From assembly GCA_030770535.1 (NCBI GenBank), contig JASVEC010000027.1, positions 496,001 to 560,000 of the forward strand: a stretch of 64,000 bases of DNA, given 5' to 3'. Positions 25,934-39,100 of the stretch are shown here, piece by piece. The stretch's first letter is position 1, and each line of letters starts with the position of its first letter. The stretch is from Batkoa obscura (Eukaryota). The translations under genes were made by a program, and so were the position numbers. Below the pieces are notes generated by a model that saw nothing but the letters and a program-made list of their open reading frames with translations, made no database searches and had not been told where the DNA came from.

Positions 25934-26631
25934 AATTTATAGCAGTTACTATTTTAGAATGTACCGGTAAATACATATCAGGCTCTATTATTAACCTAAT
26001 TAAAAATGATATTGTTATACTTTTAACTACTATAAACTAAAACGATTTATACTCATAAAGGTTTTAATAAATGGATTTTGGTAGTTCTCATCAACAAATT
26101 ATTTTCAGTCTAAATTGATATGGACTGCTGACTATCTTTAGATCTCTCATACCTAATTTTACTAATAATATAACAGTTTGACTTCTAAGCAATAATAGTA
26201 CATTTTGTAAACATGAGGATTAATTTAAATTGTAATTAATAAATGACAAAATTCAAAATTTCGAACTTTTATAAGAGATAGTAAATAAAAGATTGACTAT
26301 CAGATAGCTTCGTAAATAGCCTAATAATTTTTCTGAAAAAAGGATAAAGTTTTTTATTGCAATAGTAGTTTTTATTTTTGAATTATTTACTAAAAGATCC
26401 TTTTCGATTAGAATTTGTTTTATGAAAATTAAAAAACATTTTCTAATCACTGTTGTAACAATGTACACCTAATTTTCAAAATATAGTTCTATGAAATTAT
26501 AAATCAACCAAAAACTCCAAAACATAAAGGGAACAGGGAAATAAATAAAATAATGAAATTTATTATTTCGAAAGGTTATCTATTAAGGCCATAATTAAAG
26601 TAACAAGAACAATATAGCAATTATCAAACTA

Positions 26632-26793
26632 TGCTATTAAAGTGACTATATCATATAATAAATCCTTCTTTGCCACAAAGTCTATACTAAATTAAAGTGG
26701 GCATTTTGGTTTTGGATGTTATTTAATCAGCTATATTTAGGATAGAGTTATGACAAAGTAAGCTTTATTTTATGTAGGGTCACTTTAATAGCA
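26632..26793. mobile_element. Second MITE/foldback type (162 bp) upstream of copy 9
   Basis: Perfect 15-bp terminal inverted repeats TGCTATTAAAGTGAC/GTCACTTTAATAGCA, extending imperfectly to ~60 bp. Confidence 0.75.
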
Positions 26794-27095
26794 ACTTTTG
26801 TTATAAAATATTCTAGAAGAAATAGATTAGCTTCAGAAATTAAGTAACCATAGTTCTTTATGAAAATTAAAAAACTAAACTTTACAATTAATATAGAAAA
26901 TAAACGGTAAAACAATTCATAATAGCATGTTATTATGTTTAATAAATTGGTTCTTAATACCTATTATCACTATTAATAAAACAATTATATATTGTCCAAA
27001 ATAGCGATAAAAGTATAAAAAGCGTTCAATTCACAATTGAAATATCATACAACTAATATAATATAATATAATTATCAGCTAATCTATACAACAAT

Positions 27096-27422
27096 ATGTT
27101 TAAATTCTTTTTATTCTTTCTCTTATCCTTATACCTTGTTACTGGTGCATCGCTAGCTAGAGCAGGTGCTAAAATAGGTACTGATATAGCCATGGATTTA
27201 GCTCATCGTTATGTGGTTGACAAAGCAACTGAAAAAGCAAACCAAAAAATATCAGATTTTAAACAAAGCTTACCTAAATCAGAACAAACTTTACCAACAA
27301 CTGTTGCTGGTATGGTTGTTAAGGTAAATCAAAATGCTGCAGGAACTATTCCTGCCTATTTTGATAAGTTTTCTAAAAAAAAGGCAAGAAGTTGGATTAA
27401 GAAGGCTATCAATAGCATTTAA
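27096..27422 (+). CDS. Secreted cationic peptide family, copy 9 (intact, 108 aa)
   Basis: First 61 codons identical to copy 8; C-terminus KKKARSWIKKAINSI. Confidence 0.9.
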   Translation: MFKFFLFFLLSLYLVTGASLARAGAKIGTDIAMDLAHRYVVDKATEKANQKISDFKQSLPKSEQTLPTTVAGMVVKVNQNAAGTIPAYFDKFSKKKARSWIKKAINSI

Positions 27423-28063
27423 ATAAATAAAAATTTGATATTTTTATCAGCTTTACTTATTTTCTATTTTTATTAATCTTTATTATACATTATTTTAAAT
27501 GATATAATCATAAATTCATAGACAGCAGCCTACCATAATCCATTCATCAATAGAATTTATCATTTTAGCATACATAGTTTAAATAATTGAATATAATAAA
27601 TAAAATTACTACCGTCGTTTTATTGATATCAATTAATACTATCTAATAATTTCTTCCAATTCATTTATAATAAGCTAATTATTTGACAATTAGGTATTGA
27701 ATATATATTAATAATAATTTTAAATTTTAAAAAATTAAAAAAGTTCGACTTGACTTCCTAAAGTCCAAACTAATAGATATTTTATTCATATAATTGTTAA
27801 GGCTACTTATGTGTCAAAATACAGAGTCAAAAAACTCCCTTGCTAACTACTTACACTAACTCAAAAAACTGCAATTCCAAAAAAGGTATTTACTTACACT
27901 ACTTACATCATCTCACTTAAACTTTTTCTTTTTTCACAAATTGTATACTTTGTTTCACTATAATCCAACTTCAAAAATTGCACTCTTTTTTTAATAGAAT
28001 ATTTACATTGATGTATCAATTGAAATAATGTTTTTTTATATTATTGTTAACTCTCTTATAATT

Positions 28064-28761
28064 TTAAGCATTGTTGGATTCTGTAATTATTTCATTTTCA
28101 ATTCGAGTACTCATTTCATGTTGATTTAATTCTTCTACTTCTCTTAACCTCTTTCTTTTCTTATAAACAATGGATTGTGCTGTATTAATATCAATGGATA
28201 CCATATTAGCTGCTTGTTTGGTACAAACACCTCGTTGATTTATTAATACCCATAAACTTCTTTTAGTCTTATTGCATATTATATCGGGCTTTGGACTACG
28301 AATAGTTCGAGGTGCTGTTTTTTTGTTGAAATAAACTATTTTTCATCGATAAATCTATTTAGTCTTGTTTTCTTTTGATAAATGTTTGCATTTGGTGTAT
28401 TGTATTTCTTATACAATTGTTCCATTATTTTATTTAAGCATAATTTTTGTTTCATTATGGGTTTCTAGAATTCCATTTTACTTTCAAAAGCTATTTCATT
28501 ACAAGATTGATAAACAAAAAACGACTATTTACTCCCTTCGTCTACCTTTGTTTCTCCCAATTGAATCAAATATTGTAATATCTTTCTCAACTTGAATATA
28601 ATTTTGGTTGCTGTGTAGTAATTAATGCCTAGTTTCTCACATGCATCTTTGACACTTTTTTCTTTTTCAATCACTAGCATTATTAATCTGCCCTAAATCT
28701 TATCAGTTATAACACTTTGATTTCGATAGTCATTTTTATGCAAGCTTTTGTTCTTGGGCAT
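28064..28761 (-). pseudogene. Interrupted gene for a protein with two helix-turn-helix-like repeats (transposase-type DNA-binding HTH)
   Basis: Manual translation gives RLIMLVIEKEKSVKDACEKLGINYYTATKIIFKLRK and KRSLWVLINQRGVCTKQAANMVSIDINTAQSIVYKKRK; four in-frame TAGs and one frameshift in an A-run near 28320. Confidence 0.6.
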
Positions 28762-29287
28762 TATAGAACCTAGGATTAAAAGATTCAGATTTAAGTTGAA
28801 TTATTTGATTGAAATTTTGATTTCTTTACTTTTTTTTGATACTCATTACCTTGTGAATTTGTGTCTTGAGGTATTATATCATCCTGGATTTAAAGGCTTT
28901 AATTTAATATAAGAAAAGAAAAGATTTAAATTTGGAAATTCTTTATTAAGGTTTGATTATTGATAAAACTGATCATAAGATTAACCCTTAGCATACAAAG
29001 CTATTTAATGTAACAGAAAGGTTCAAATCAGTTGATTTGTATTGATTTCTACATGAGTATTGAGATAGATATTTCTTCAATTCTGTTTACTGTCTATTTT
29101 TTAAACTATATATTTTTTAAAAAGAAGCATTTTTTTTGGGATGAAAATTCCTTTTGATAATTGGCAAAGTTATTTTATATTTTATCTTAAAAAAACGATC
29201 AATTTTTCGACCAATCCAAATATCGATTCGAAAAATTTCAAAAAATTAAAAACTCAAATTAATTTAATTGAGCTTTTTTTTTTTGAA

Positions 29288-31385
29288 ATGTGTGGTATTT
29301 TACTTTTAATTCAAGTACAAAATCAACAACCTTTATATTATCCATCCATATTAGAAGCCAATAAAAGAAGAGGTAAGTTAACAAAATCCACGGTTAAATT
29401 CATAAATCTCACTAATTAATTCAAGGCCCTGATGCTCAAGATGAATATAAATTAAATATTAATATTAATAATAAAACAATAGAAATATTATTTTACGGAT
29501 TTGTATTACATTTAAGAGGAGACAATGTAGTGAAGCAACCAATAGTTAATGACAATGGAGATGTATTATGTTTTAATGGGGAAATATTTGGTGGGTTAAA
29601 AGTAAATTTAAAATATTTTTAATGGATAGATGGAGTATTGATTGAATTAAACTAGATTAATAAACATGAAAACGATGCAGTTGTATTATTCAATAATTTG
29701 TCAAAATTAGAAAATGAGAATGAGATTATAGAACTATTAGATCAATTACAGGGTCCTCATGCCATTGTTTATTATAAAGTAAGAAATATAATTTTTTTAT
29801 TTTTTTATTGGGTTTATTAATATATTTTAGAAATCTTTAAATGTCCTTTATTTTGGTAGAGATAAATTAGGTATTCGATCTTTATTAAAATTAGAAAATG
29901 AAGATAATTTTATTTGTTTGACATCGGTTTCAACACCTTTATTATTTGAACAGAAAGAAATAGAAGATGATACAAAAAAAGTAGAAGTTTATTCTGAAAT
30001 TGAAACAAAGCTTTTTTTTAAATTACAATTTGATCAATATTTTAGTGACTTAAAAAGTCTAATTCAACCTATTATTAGACCTTCTCATGGAAAAAATATA
30101 GAATTGGCTGAATATTTAAAGATCAATGATATTATACCACAAACTTTAGAAAAAGATATATTAATTGATAATGATTTGTTTTTGAACGACATAATAAAAA
30201 ACAATGATATAATTCTAGATGAATTTTATAATAAATTAAATCAATCCGTTTATAAAAGAGTGATAACAATACCTCCAAAACAGTAAATAATATATTTGAT
30301 AATAAGTTAATATATAAATAATAATAACAGGTTTAAATTTAAATAGAAATAACTATGATGGGTCTAGAATAGCCATCTTATTTTCTGGTGGTATAGATTG
30401 TACTATCTTAACTTACTTAGTTGACCAACATCTATCTAAAGATGAAAGTATTGATTTGTTAAACGTAGCATTTGAAAACCCAAGAACAAAAAATATTAAT
30501 TTTAATGTACCTGATAGAAAAACTGGATTAGATTCATATGAAGAATTGAAGTAAAATTAATATTATTAGAATAGAATTTTATTCATATAATTAATCTTAT
30601 TTATTTAATATTATTATTGTAGATTGTTATGCCCAAATCGTACATTTAATTTTGTTAAAATAGATATCCCTTATTCTGAAGTACAACTTCACCAATCACG
30701 TATAAAATATTTAATTCATCCCTCCGATACTATAATGGATTTGGTAACTTTATTACTCATTTAATTAAAATTATTTAATTACTAATAACAATGATAAATT
30801 CAATAGAGTATAGCTTTAGCCTTTTGGTTTTCAGCACGTGGTAGTGGATATATTGATAACAATGGAGAAAGAATAGAATATACAACTAAAGCCAAAGTAT
30901 TAATTTCAGGTTTAGGAGCGGACGAACAGTTGGGAGGTTATTCAAGACATCGAACAGCATTTGAAATGGGTGGTTGGGAAAGGCTAATCAATGAAGTAAG
31001 TAAATAAAAATATATAAACCTATTAATAATAATATTAAACTAATATTAACAATTCTTCATTATTTAGGTCCAACTGGATGTTTCCCGAATCAATTTACGA
31101 AACTTAGGACGAGATGATCGTATCTGTACCGATTGGAGTAAAGAAGTACGATATCCATTTTTAGATATTGAATTAATGAACTATTTGAATCAATTATCTA
31201 TAAAAGATAAAATGGATTTAAGATATCCACGTGGCTTAGGTGAAAAAGCAATACTAAGAGCTTTAGCTAAGAAATTGGGCTTTAAAATATTACCTACATT
31301 ATTTAAAAGAGCAGTTCAATTTGGTTCTAGAACAGCTAAAATGTTACCTAGTGATAGCCAAATGAAGGGACATGATAAGATTTAA
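29288..31385 (+). CDS. ASNSD1: Asparagine synthetase domain-containing protein 1 (yeast YML096W-like), 8 exons
   Basis: MCGIL start, RRGPD across intron 1, FNGEIF, FGRDKLG, LFSGGIDC, SGLGADEQLGGY, RNLGRDDR, RYPFLD, KRAVQFG; GT-AG introns. Confidence 0.9.
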
Positions 31386-31495
31386 AGATGAAGAATAATA
31401 AAATATAGAATAAAAAAATTTTAAAAAATTGAATTTATTATTATTGTTATTATTATCTTTTTTTACACGCTTAAATATTTAATTTAAATTACTAT

Positions 31496-31845
31496 TTAAT
31501 ATTCTTCTTCATACTGAGACATAAATGGATCCATCTTTGTCTTTACTTTTCTAGCTTCTGTTTTAACCGTTTCAGTCATAAATTTTTCCCACATGGAGGA
31601 TGCCTCTTTGAATTCAGAACCTACATCAGCTAATGCTTCTAAATTCGAATTAAATATATTCATGGTACCAATGATTCGATTAAGACTCTAAAGAAAATGT
31701 TGAAGTTAGATGAAAAGGTACAGATGTTAGGATATATTTAGGTGACGGAGCGATACAAAAAATATATACCTACAGTATCAATTTCGTCTACTAATTCCTG
31801 TCTTTCTTTACGAAAAGTTATACTTTCAATTTCAAATTGGGTCAT
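31496..31845 (-). CDS. DAD1: DASH/Dam1 kinetochore complex subunit Dad1; exons 31774-31845 and 31496-31687; not in the ORF track
   Basis: Spliced 87-aa product containing FRKERQELVDEIDTSLNRIIGTMNIFNSNLEALADVGSEFKEASSMWEKF, which fits the Dad1 pattern. Confidence 0.85.
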
Positions 31846-33123
31846 TTTAAATTGTTATAGTTGAATTAAAATTATGTTTTTTTTGAAAATTAGAATTCGC
31901 TGAGTTGTTTTTTTAAAATAGATGTCATTGGTTGAAATTTAAAAGTGCAAATTTTGAGGGCATTGAATTCAGAATTTGCAACAGAGAGTAGCTTGTTTTT
32001 TTTCAAGTTTAAAAATTAAAAATTTTAAAAGTTAGATTTTAATGAAAAAATAATGAATAAACTATGTTTAGTTATTAATATATAAAATAAATATTTAAAT
32101 CCATTTTTTAAATAAAGTTGTTTTTTAATCATTGTTATCTTATTATTTTAAATCACGTAACTTTGTATTATCCTTTTAATAACTGAGAGTAGTCAAAGAT
32201 AAATTTACTTTTAGCTATGAAATTTAGAACATTAATAAGAATTCAAAATAAAATTATTAGATTGAAAATAATGATAGCTATTTTATCATTACTATTACTC
32301 AAGATAACTGTTAAGTTTTATTAAAAAACGTTTTTCTATTGAATATTAAGACTATGGCTTTAAGGAGCCACTCAAGCATTTATTAAATTTTTGAACTTTA
32401 GAGGTGTTGGATTTTTATTAATTCTCCTATTCTTACAACTTAATAAATAGTAATTATTGAAAATAAAACTGGATTATTTTGAATTGATTTTAATCAATAG
32501 TGTTTCTAATTAAAGTATTTATATAATAAACTACTGTTGAATCCTTCTTATTATTTGAAATAGTTTTTTTAAATATTAGAAACAGCATTAAAATTTTAAA
32601 TCATCAACAAGACAAGGATTTAAAACCCAAATTTTTTTAATACTTCTAAATATAATCAAAACTTAATTAAACACTGCTATTTTACAAATATTCTAATAGA
32701 CAAACTGAAATCAATTCAAGTTATAACACTTTTAGTAATTTCTATTGAAGATCTTTAATTACTGTTTTAGAAATGGCATTGAGATTATTGAAATTATTTG
32801 GAAGCACCTTGATATTTAAAACTGAAACCAAAACGAATTCTAAATATCAATTTATATAATTGGTTCATTTGATTTATTTTACTAATTTAAAATTGTTAGT
32901 GGCTTAAACTTGCAGTTTAGTTTAGAATCAGCTATTTTTGAAGAATTTATTTTTTTATCTTATTGATATTTTGTTCTCATTTCTATTTTACCTTGTTACA
33001 AAGTATTAATTATACTTAGATATTTAGGTAGGTTGGGTATTTAATATTGAAAGATAATTAGTGGCTTAAAGACTAATTTTCATTTTATATTAGAACAAAC
33101 TTTGAACTATATACAAAGAAAAG

Positions 33124-36100
33124 ATGATGGACGCAGACGCACTCATCAAATCCCTAATCGATAGATTGGGGAATAAAGTAATTTTGTTTTTAATTATATT
33201 ACTATTATACTAATATTACAAAAGCTATCAACCTTAGGAACAGGAGGGAAGATTGAAGCATATGAAGCCGATCCTTTAGTATCCCAAACAGTTCGTTCAT
33301 TAATTGATTTATCACAATATAAGGTACAGGTGACCATACAAGCTTTATTAGACTTATTAGAAAGATCAATAAAAGTAAGCTTTTTAATTCTATCAATATG
33401 AAAAATTGAAAATTGAAAATTAAATTGAAAATTTTAATAGATTGGTACTGAAGAGATAACCAATGCCGATACCATGGTTCCACAATCCTTTATATTAAGG
33501 GTTATTAACTTATGTATAACACGACATTGGTCTTTTTATTTAGATCCAACAATAGCGAACTCAAGAACCTCAACTAGTTTGTTTGATGAAGTGGATGAAA
33601 ATGGAGTTAAAGATGATGATAATATGTCCGTTAAAAGTGGTCGACTAAATGGTGAAGGGAATCCGCCATTGTCTCATCGAAGCTCTTCATTAACTGGAGT
33701 AGTTCATAATGATAATGGACTTAAATTACTTGAAGATCCACCACCATTAGAAGAAGGTTTAGCTTTTAGTTTAATGAGGAATGCGTTTCAATTTCTTCAT
33801 ATTACTTATGCAGGGGATATAGCAGAAGGTTTTTTATCTTTAAGTGTAAATTCAAATGGTACAAGTATGTCCAAATCGGAAAAATCACCAATCCGAATGT
33901 TTAAAGCAGGTTCCGATATCCGTACACAAATTCAAAATTCAGCAAGTTCTATACTTAAATACATCTCTGCTTCTAATTGGTCAACAGTATTTCAACGATT
34001 TAAAGCAAGAATTACTTGTTTATCACAAACCAATGATGAAAGTATTGAATTAGGAGATCTTAAATATTTAGAATATTGTAATTTAAATGAAAAGAGAATG
34101 GCAATGATATTTCAAGATTTAAATGTATCTTTTTTACAATTTAAAAGAGGTACTCAAATTAGTTTTGCAGCTATTTTACGTAGTTGTATTTGGAATTGGA
34201 TTGAAACCTATCCCTTAAGTTTTATCAATTTACATAAAAATCAAAAGAGATTTGAAGGTAGTCCAGAAGTATTGTTTGATATTTGTAATGGATTAGCGGA
34301 TAATAGTAGAAAAAAGACCGCATTTTGGCCACTTCAAGTAATGCTTTTAGTTCTTTGTCCCGATATTTTAAGTGGTATTATTAAAGGAAATTCACCTAAT
34401 TCAAAAAAGAGTCAATTTTTTGATAATTTACGTAAAACATTAAAAGGAAAAACATTAGCTGATGTAGCAGCTGTAGCTTATGTTGATCTTTGTAAAGCAT
34501 CTACTTATTTAGCTAATATTGATGAAGCAGCTTTAAAACATATGATACCGGATATTGAATCCGAATTAAAAGAAAAATTATTTGATCCATTACGACCTTT
34601 TGTTACAGCCGAAAATATTATTGATCAAAAATTAATGATTGATTGTTTGACGGCCTTTTTCCGATTAAATGCTAATAATGCAATGCAATCTTTAATACCC
34701 ATTTGTTTAAAAGAAAATGTGCCCATTGCATTTAAATTAGTCTTAGTTAAAAGTTGTTATAATATTGCATCTCAAGCTTATTTACCTTGGAATCCAACTA
34801 TATCTTCTATGTATTCTACTTTAGCTGGTCCAATGAGAAAATTATTTCAACAAAATTTAATATTAGATAGAGCGGATCTTTCCAATACTACTTTACCAGC
34901 AGATAAAAAAGCACGTAAATTATATTTAATGCAAATTGAAGAAACAAATGAAAAATTAGAAATATTAATGAGTGTTTTAAGAGTATATCGATCCGAACCA
35001 ATGTTGGCAATTGTTGGTCATACACCAGAAACTCAATATAATGAAAATTCCCAATTATTACATAATATTACTATTTGTTTAAAGGATCCTAATTTAACTA
35101 TACGTACTTGTGCAGCTGAAGCTTTACTTGAATTACATAATCCATCTTTAATTGAAAAATGGGGACCAGAAGAAACAATGATGGAATCTTTTTGGAGTTG
35201 CAGTTCAACAATACTTACCGATATTTCTAGACAAATTTTAGATTATAAAGCAAAAGATGATGGTATTCGTTATTTTGTTGAAGTATTATATCAAATATTA
35301 TTGCGACGAGTTAAATTTGTTGAAATTCATAAAGATAAAATTCACAAAGGTATTAAAATACCAGAACGATTGGTTTCTTTAGTAGCTTTAGAAGTAGCTT
35401 TATTAGTGATGTTATGTATGCCAGATTCTGAAATCTGTTCTCAAGCTACATTTTCTTTGGGTTTATTGAGTAAAGAAATTGAGTTAACAAGTGAACTTAA
35501 TGATGTAGATGATTATAAGTTAACTTTATTTGATAATAAAGCAGTCTACAATATGTTACCTAAAGCTGGTATATTAGTTACTGGTAGAGTAGCTCAACAA
35601 AAAAGTATACGGAAAATATTACGACTGGTCCAAATTCAAACGCCTGGAAATTTATTAGCCTGGGAAGAAGTCTATAAAAGATGGAAAAATTTAAAGAATA
35701 TAGCTACAACGCCACCAGACGAAGCGCCAGTTGATCTATTAGAAGTACCTAAAAAGAAAACGAATTTTTTTAATACGAATCGAAATTCTACTCAACCAAT
35801 AATAGCCCCAACGTTACCACAAACGGATAATAAGAAACAATTAGAAATGTGGCAAAATTATACTGGATTTTTATGTGCCATGGGAGGTATTTGTGTAGTT
35901 AGTGAAGAAAAAATTAAAGAAATGGAAAAACTAAAAGAAGATAGCGCTAAAAAAAATATCAATTTGCATTTTAGAACGGGTAAACCACCAAAAAAAGTAC
36001 AAGATCCAAATGCTATCGTTAATCGATTTATTATGGATATGGTGGAATTATTAATTTGTGAAAGTCCATTTGCTCGTGAAATTGTTAAAGAATTAATTGG

Positions 36101-39100
36101 TGCCGAATTAAATCCTGCTAATTATGGCAATTTATTTCGACATTTAGAAACTATTGTTGGTAGGTTCTTTAGTGAAGGTGGAGATGTTAGTTGTAATGAT
36201 TCATATACTATGTTTGTTGAACAGGCTATATCTGTATTAAAATTAATATTGGACCGATTAAATGAAAATGCGGAATATATATTTGCGGTAGATTTAGATA
36301 TGGGTAATTTATTATCTTCATTTGCAAGATATTTAAATCATGCGGATAATTCATCAACTACCCTTCGAGTTAAAGTCAAAATGAGTCAATTAACCGAGAT
36401 TTTAATGTTAAAAAAGGACTTAGTTAGTTTAAGACATGAATTTCATTTTCGTAATAAACTATTAGAAAGCATGGTAGAATGGACTTCAGACTTTGCAAAA
36501 ACAACGGATTTAGGTAGTCATGAGGAAAGTAGTGAAAAATTATTTCGAGATTTAGATTTAGCTTTAATGAAAACAGTGGTTTTATTATTGGACGGTTTGC
36601 CTTTATTAGCTCAAGATACCAAAAGTGAAGCAGAACGTATGGATGCCAAATCCAAATTATTTTACAAATATTTTTCTTATTTTATTAAATTATTAAATCG
36701 ATGTCGTATATTAGAAACAATCGAAGTAGGAAGTCATTCTATTAGAGATAATAGCGATTTAATGAATTTATTATCTAAATCTAAAGAATCTTTAAAAGAT
36801 CTTGGTCCACTTAAAGATTATACTATTTTAGCTTTATCCAATCTATTAAGTGCTAATATTGAGTCTGGTTTAAAATATTCTTTATCTATGGGTTATCATG
36901 AAGATACTAAAACTAGATCCGCTTTTATGCAAGTATTAACTAATATTCTAAAGCAAGGTACCGAATTTGCTACTTTAGGTCAAACCACAGATAAAGATCG
37001 ATTTCAAAGAATATTTACTTTATTTGAAGAAGAAGATCTTACACTTGCTATGTCGTTATGTGATGTATGCCCAGTTTCTGATGTAGATGATTTAAGTTCT
37101 GTGTTATTAAATTTATTTGATAGTTTGGGTATAACAATTAAAGTATTAAAAGCAGTAATTGAAAAAGAAATTTACAAAACAGATTCCTCCCCTGAATTAT
37201 TTCGTCGTAATTCAATGGCTAGTAGATTATTGGCTTCTTTTGCTAAACTTTATGGGGATGATTATCTGAGAATTTGTTTAAAACCTATCCTTGAAGAAAT
37301 GGTTAATAATCCACGACCTTATGAAGTTGATCCATCTAAAATTGGACCCGGTTCGGATGGTGAAACCAATTTAGCCAATTTAAAAAAAATGTGTCAAGCT
37401 TTCCTTGATTCTATTATAGAATCTAGTCATAAAATACCCACTTCATTACGAGAAATTTGTAGTTATTTAGCTAAAGTAGTAGTTGAAAAATTTCCAGAAG
37501 CTAATACAACTTCGGTTGGTGGTCTTATGTTTTTGCGATTCTTTTGTCCAGCAATTGTAGCTCCTGATATTCAAGGATTAGTTAAAACAGTTACGGATAA
37601 AGATTTAAGACGTGGTTTACTTTTAATTACTAAAGTTATTCAAAATCTTGCCAATAATGTATTCTTTGGTGCCAAAGAAGCTTTTATGATTAGTTTAAAT
37701 GATTTATTAACAGATTATATTCCTAAAGTTACCAATTATTTGATAGAAATATCAACGCCAATTGAAGGTGAAGTAGCTCAAGTTAATGAAGGTGTTAAAT
37801 TGGAAGATGATGATGTGGCTCGTTTACATTACTATTTAGTAGAAAATATTGAACGTATGGGTAGAGATATTGCTACACACAAATTATATACTGCTTTTCC
37901 AATTACTCAACGTATTGTAGATCCAACTTTATTTGAAAGAAAAAAAGCGGAATCCAAACATGCTTATTATAGATTAACCATTTTATTGGCTCAATTAGGT
38001 AATCCAGAAAAACAAGAGAAGAAAAAAATTGGAATACCAGCACCATCAGCTAAATCAGGTGAACAAGCTTATAAAGATTTTATAACCAAAAATAGGAATA
38101 GAGATATTACTGCTATTGCAGAAAGAAAAATCTTTTATGAAGGTGGATTATCTAAAGAAAGACGACCAGTATTTTATTTTATTGCGAGAAGATTAATTGC
38201 TGAAGCAATTGATTTTGATTTATTAATGGTACAAATTTTCTTATCATTGGAAAAATATGCTGGTAAATCCTATGAACTATTATTTGATATAACTCAGTTT
38301 GGTGCACCTAATGAATTACCCATTTTATTTGTAAATCAAATTTTTAGTGTTTTTCCAGCGGAAGCTCAACAATCCATTTCTTCCATTTATTTTTATAATG
38401 TTAATACAGCTTTTCAAAGGTATACAAAATCACTAGATAAAACGTTACCATTTAAATTTGCAAAAAGAACTTCATTTCCATGTAATCTATCTGAATTAGC
38501 AGAATATATTCATCAAGTAGATATCAAATTACCACGTTTAACGATAGCATTAGAAGCAGAAACTGGAATTGCCTTTTCACCAGTAACTTGTATCACCCAT
38601 TTAAAGCAACATGTACCATCCAGTATTAAAGTATTACAAGATACTTTACAAATTAATATGTTAAAAAAACAAGAGATCCTTGGGTTATCCTCTTATTTTA
38701 ATGATGTTTATCATATTTCTCAAATAGATGATGTTAGTATCTCAAGTTACAAAGATGAAAATTGTTTAGCTATTAAATTCGATGGGGGTGCTTCTACAAT
38801 GATGTTAATTTCTCCAAAAATTGATTTGATTTGTAAAGCTATTAGAAACGCCAAAGCACGCTATCTTGTTTCTAAACCAGCTGGTATTGATGAACGCGTT
38901 ATACGTCCAAATAATGTACCAGGTACATTATTAAATATGGCCTTATTAAATTCAGGTAGTGAAGATCCTAATTTAAGATTAGCCTCTTATAATATGTTGT
39001 TTGCATTGAGTTCAGTATTTAAATTTGATGCAGGAAATCAATTAATGATAGCCAAAGATTTATGTATTCCTGGAAATAATACTAGTTTTGTTTTAACAGT

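Noticed and set aside
28365..29419. Track ORFs 28365-28595 and 29141-29419 as separate genes
   Set aside because: The first is antisense to the HTH pseudogene; the second is ASNSD1 exon 1 with UTR and intron read-through
33205..34053. ORFs 33205-33483 (-) and 33856-34053 (+)
   Set aside because: Shadow or out-of-frame ORFs overlapping NF1 exons
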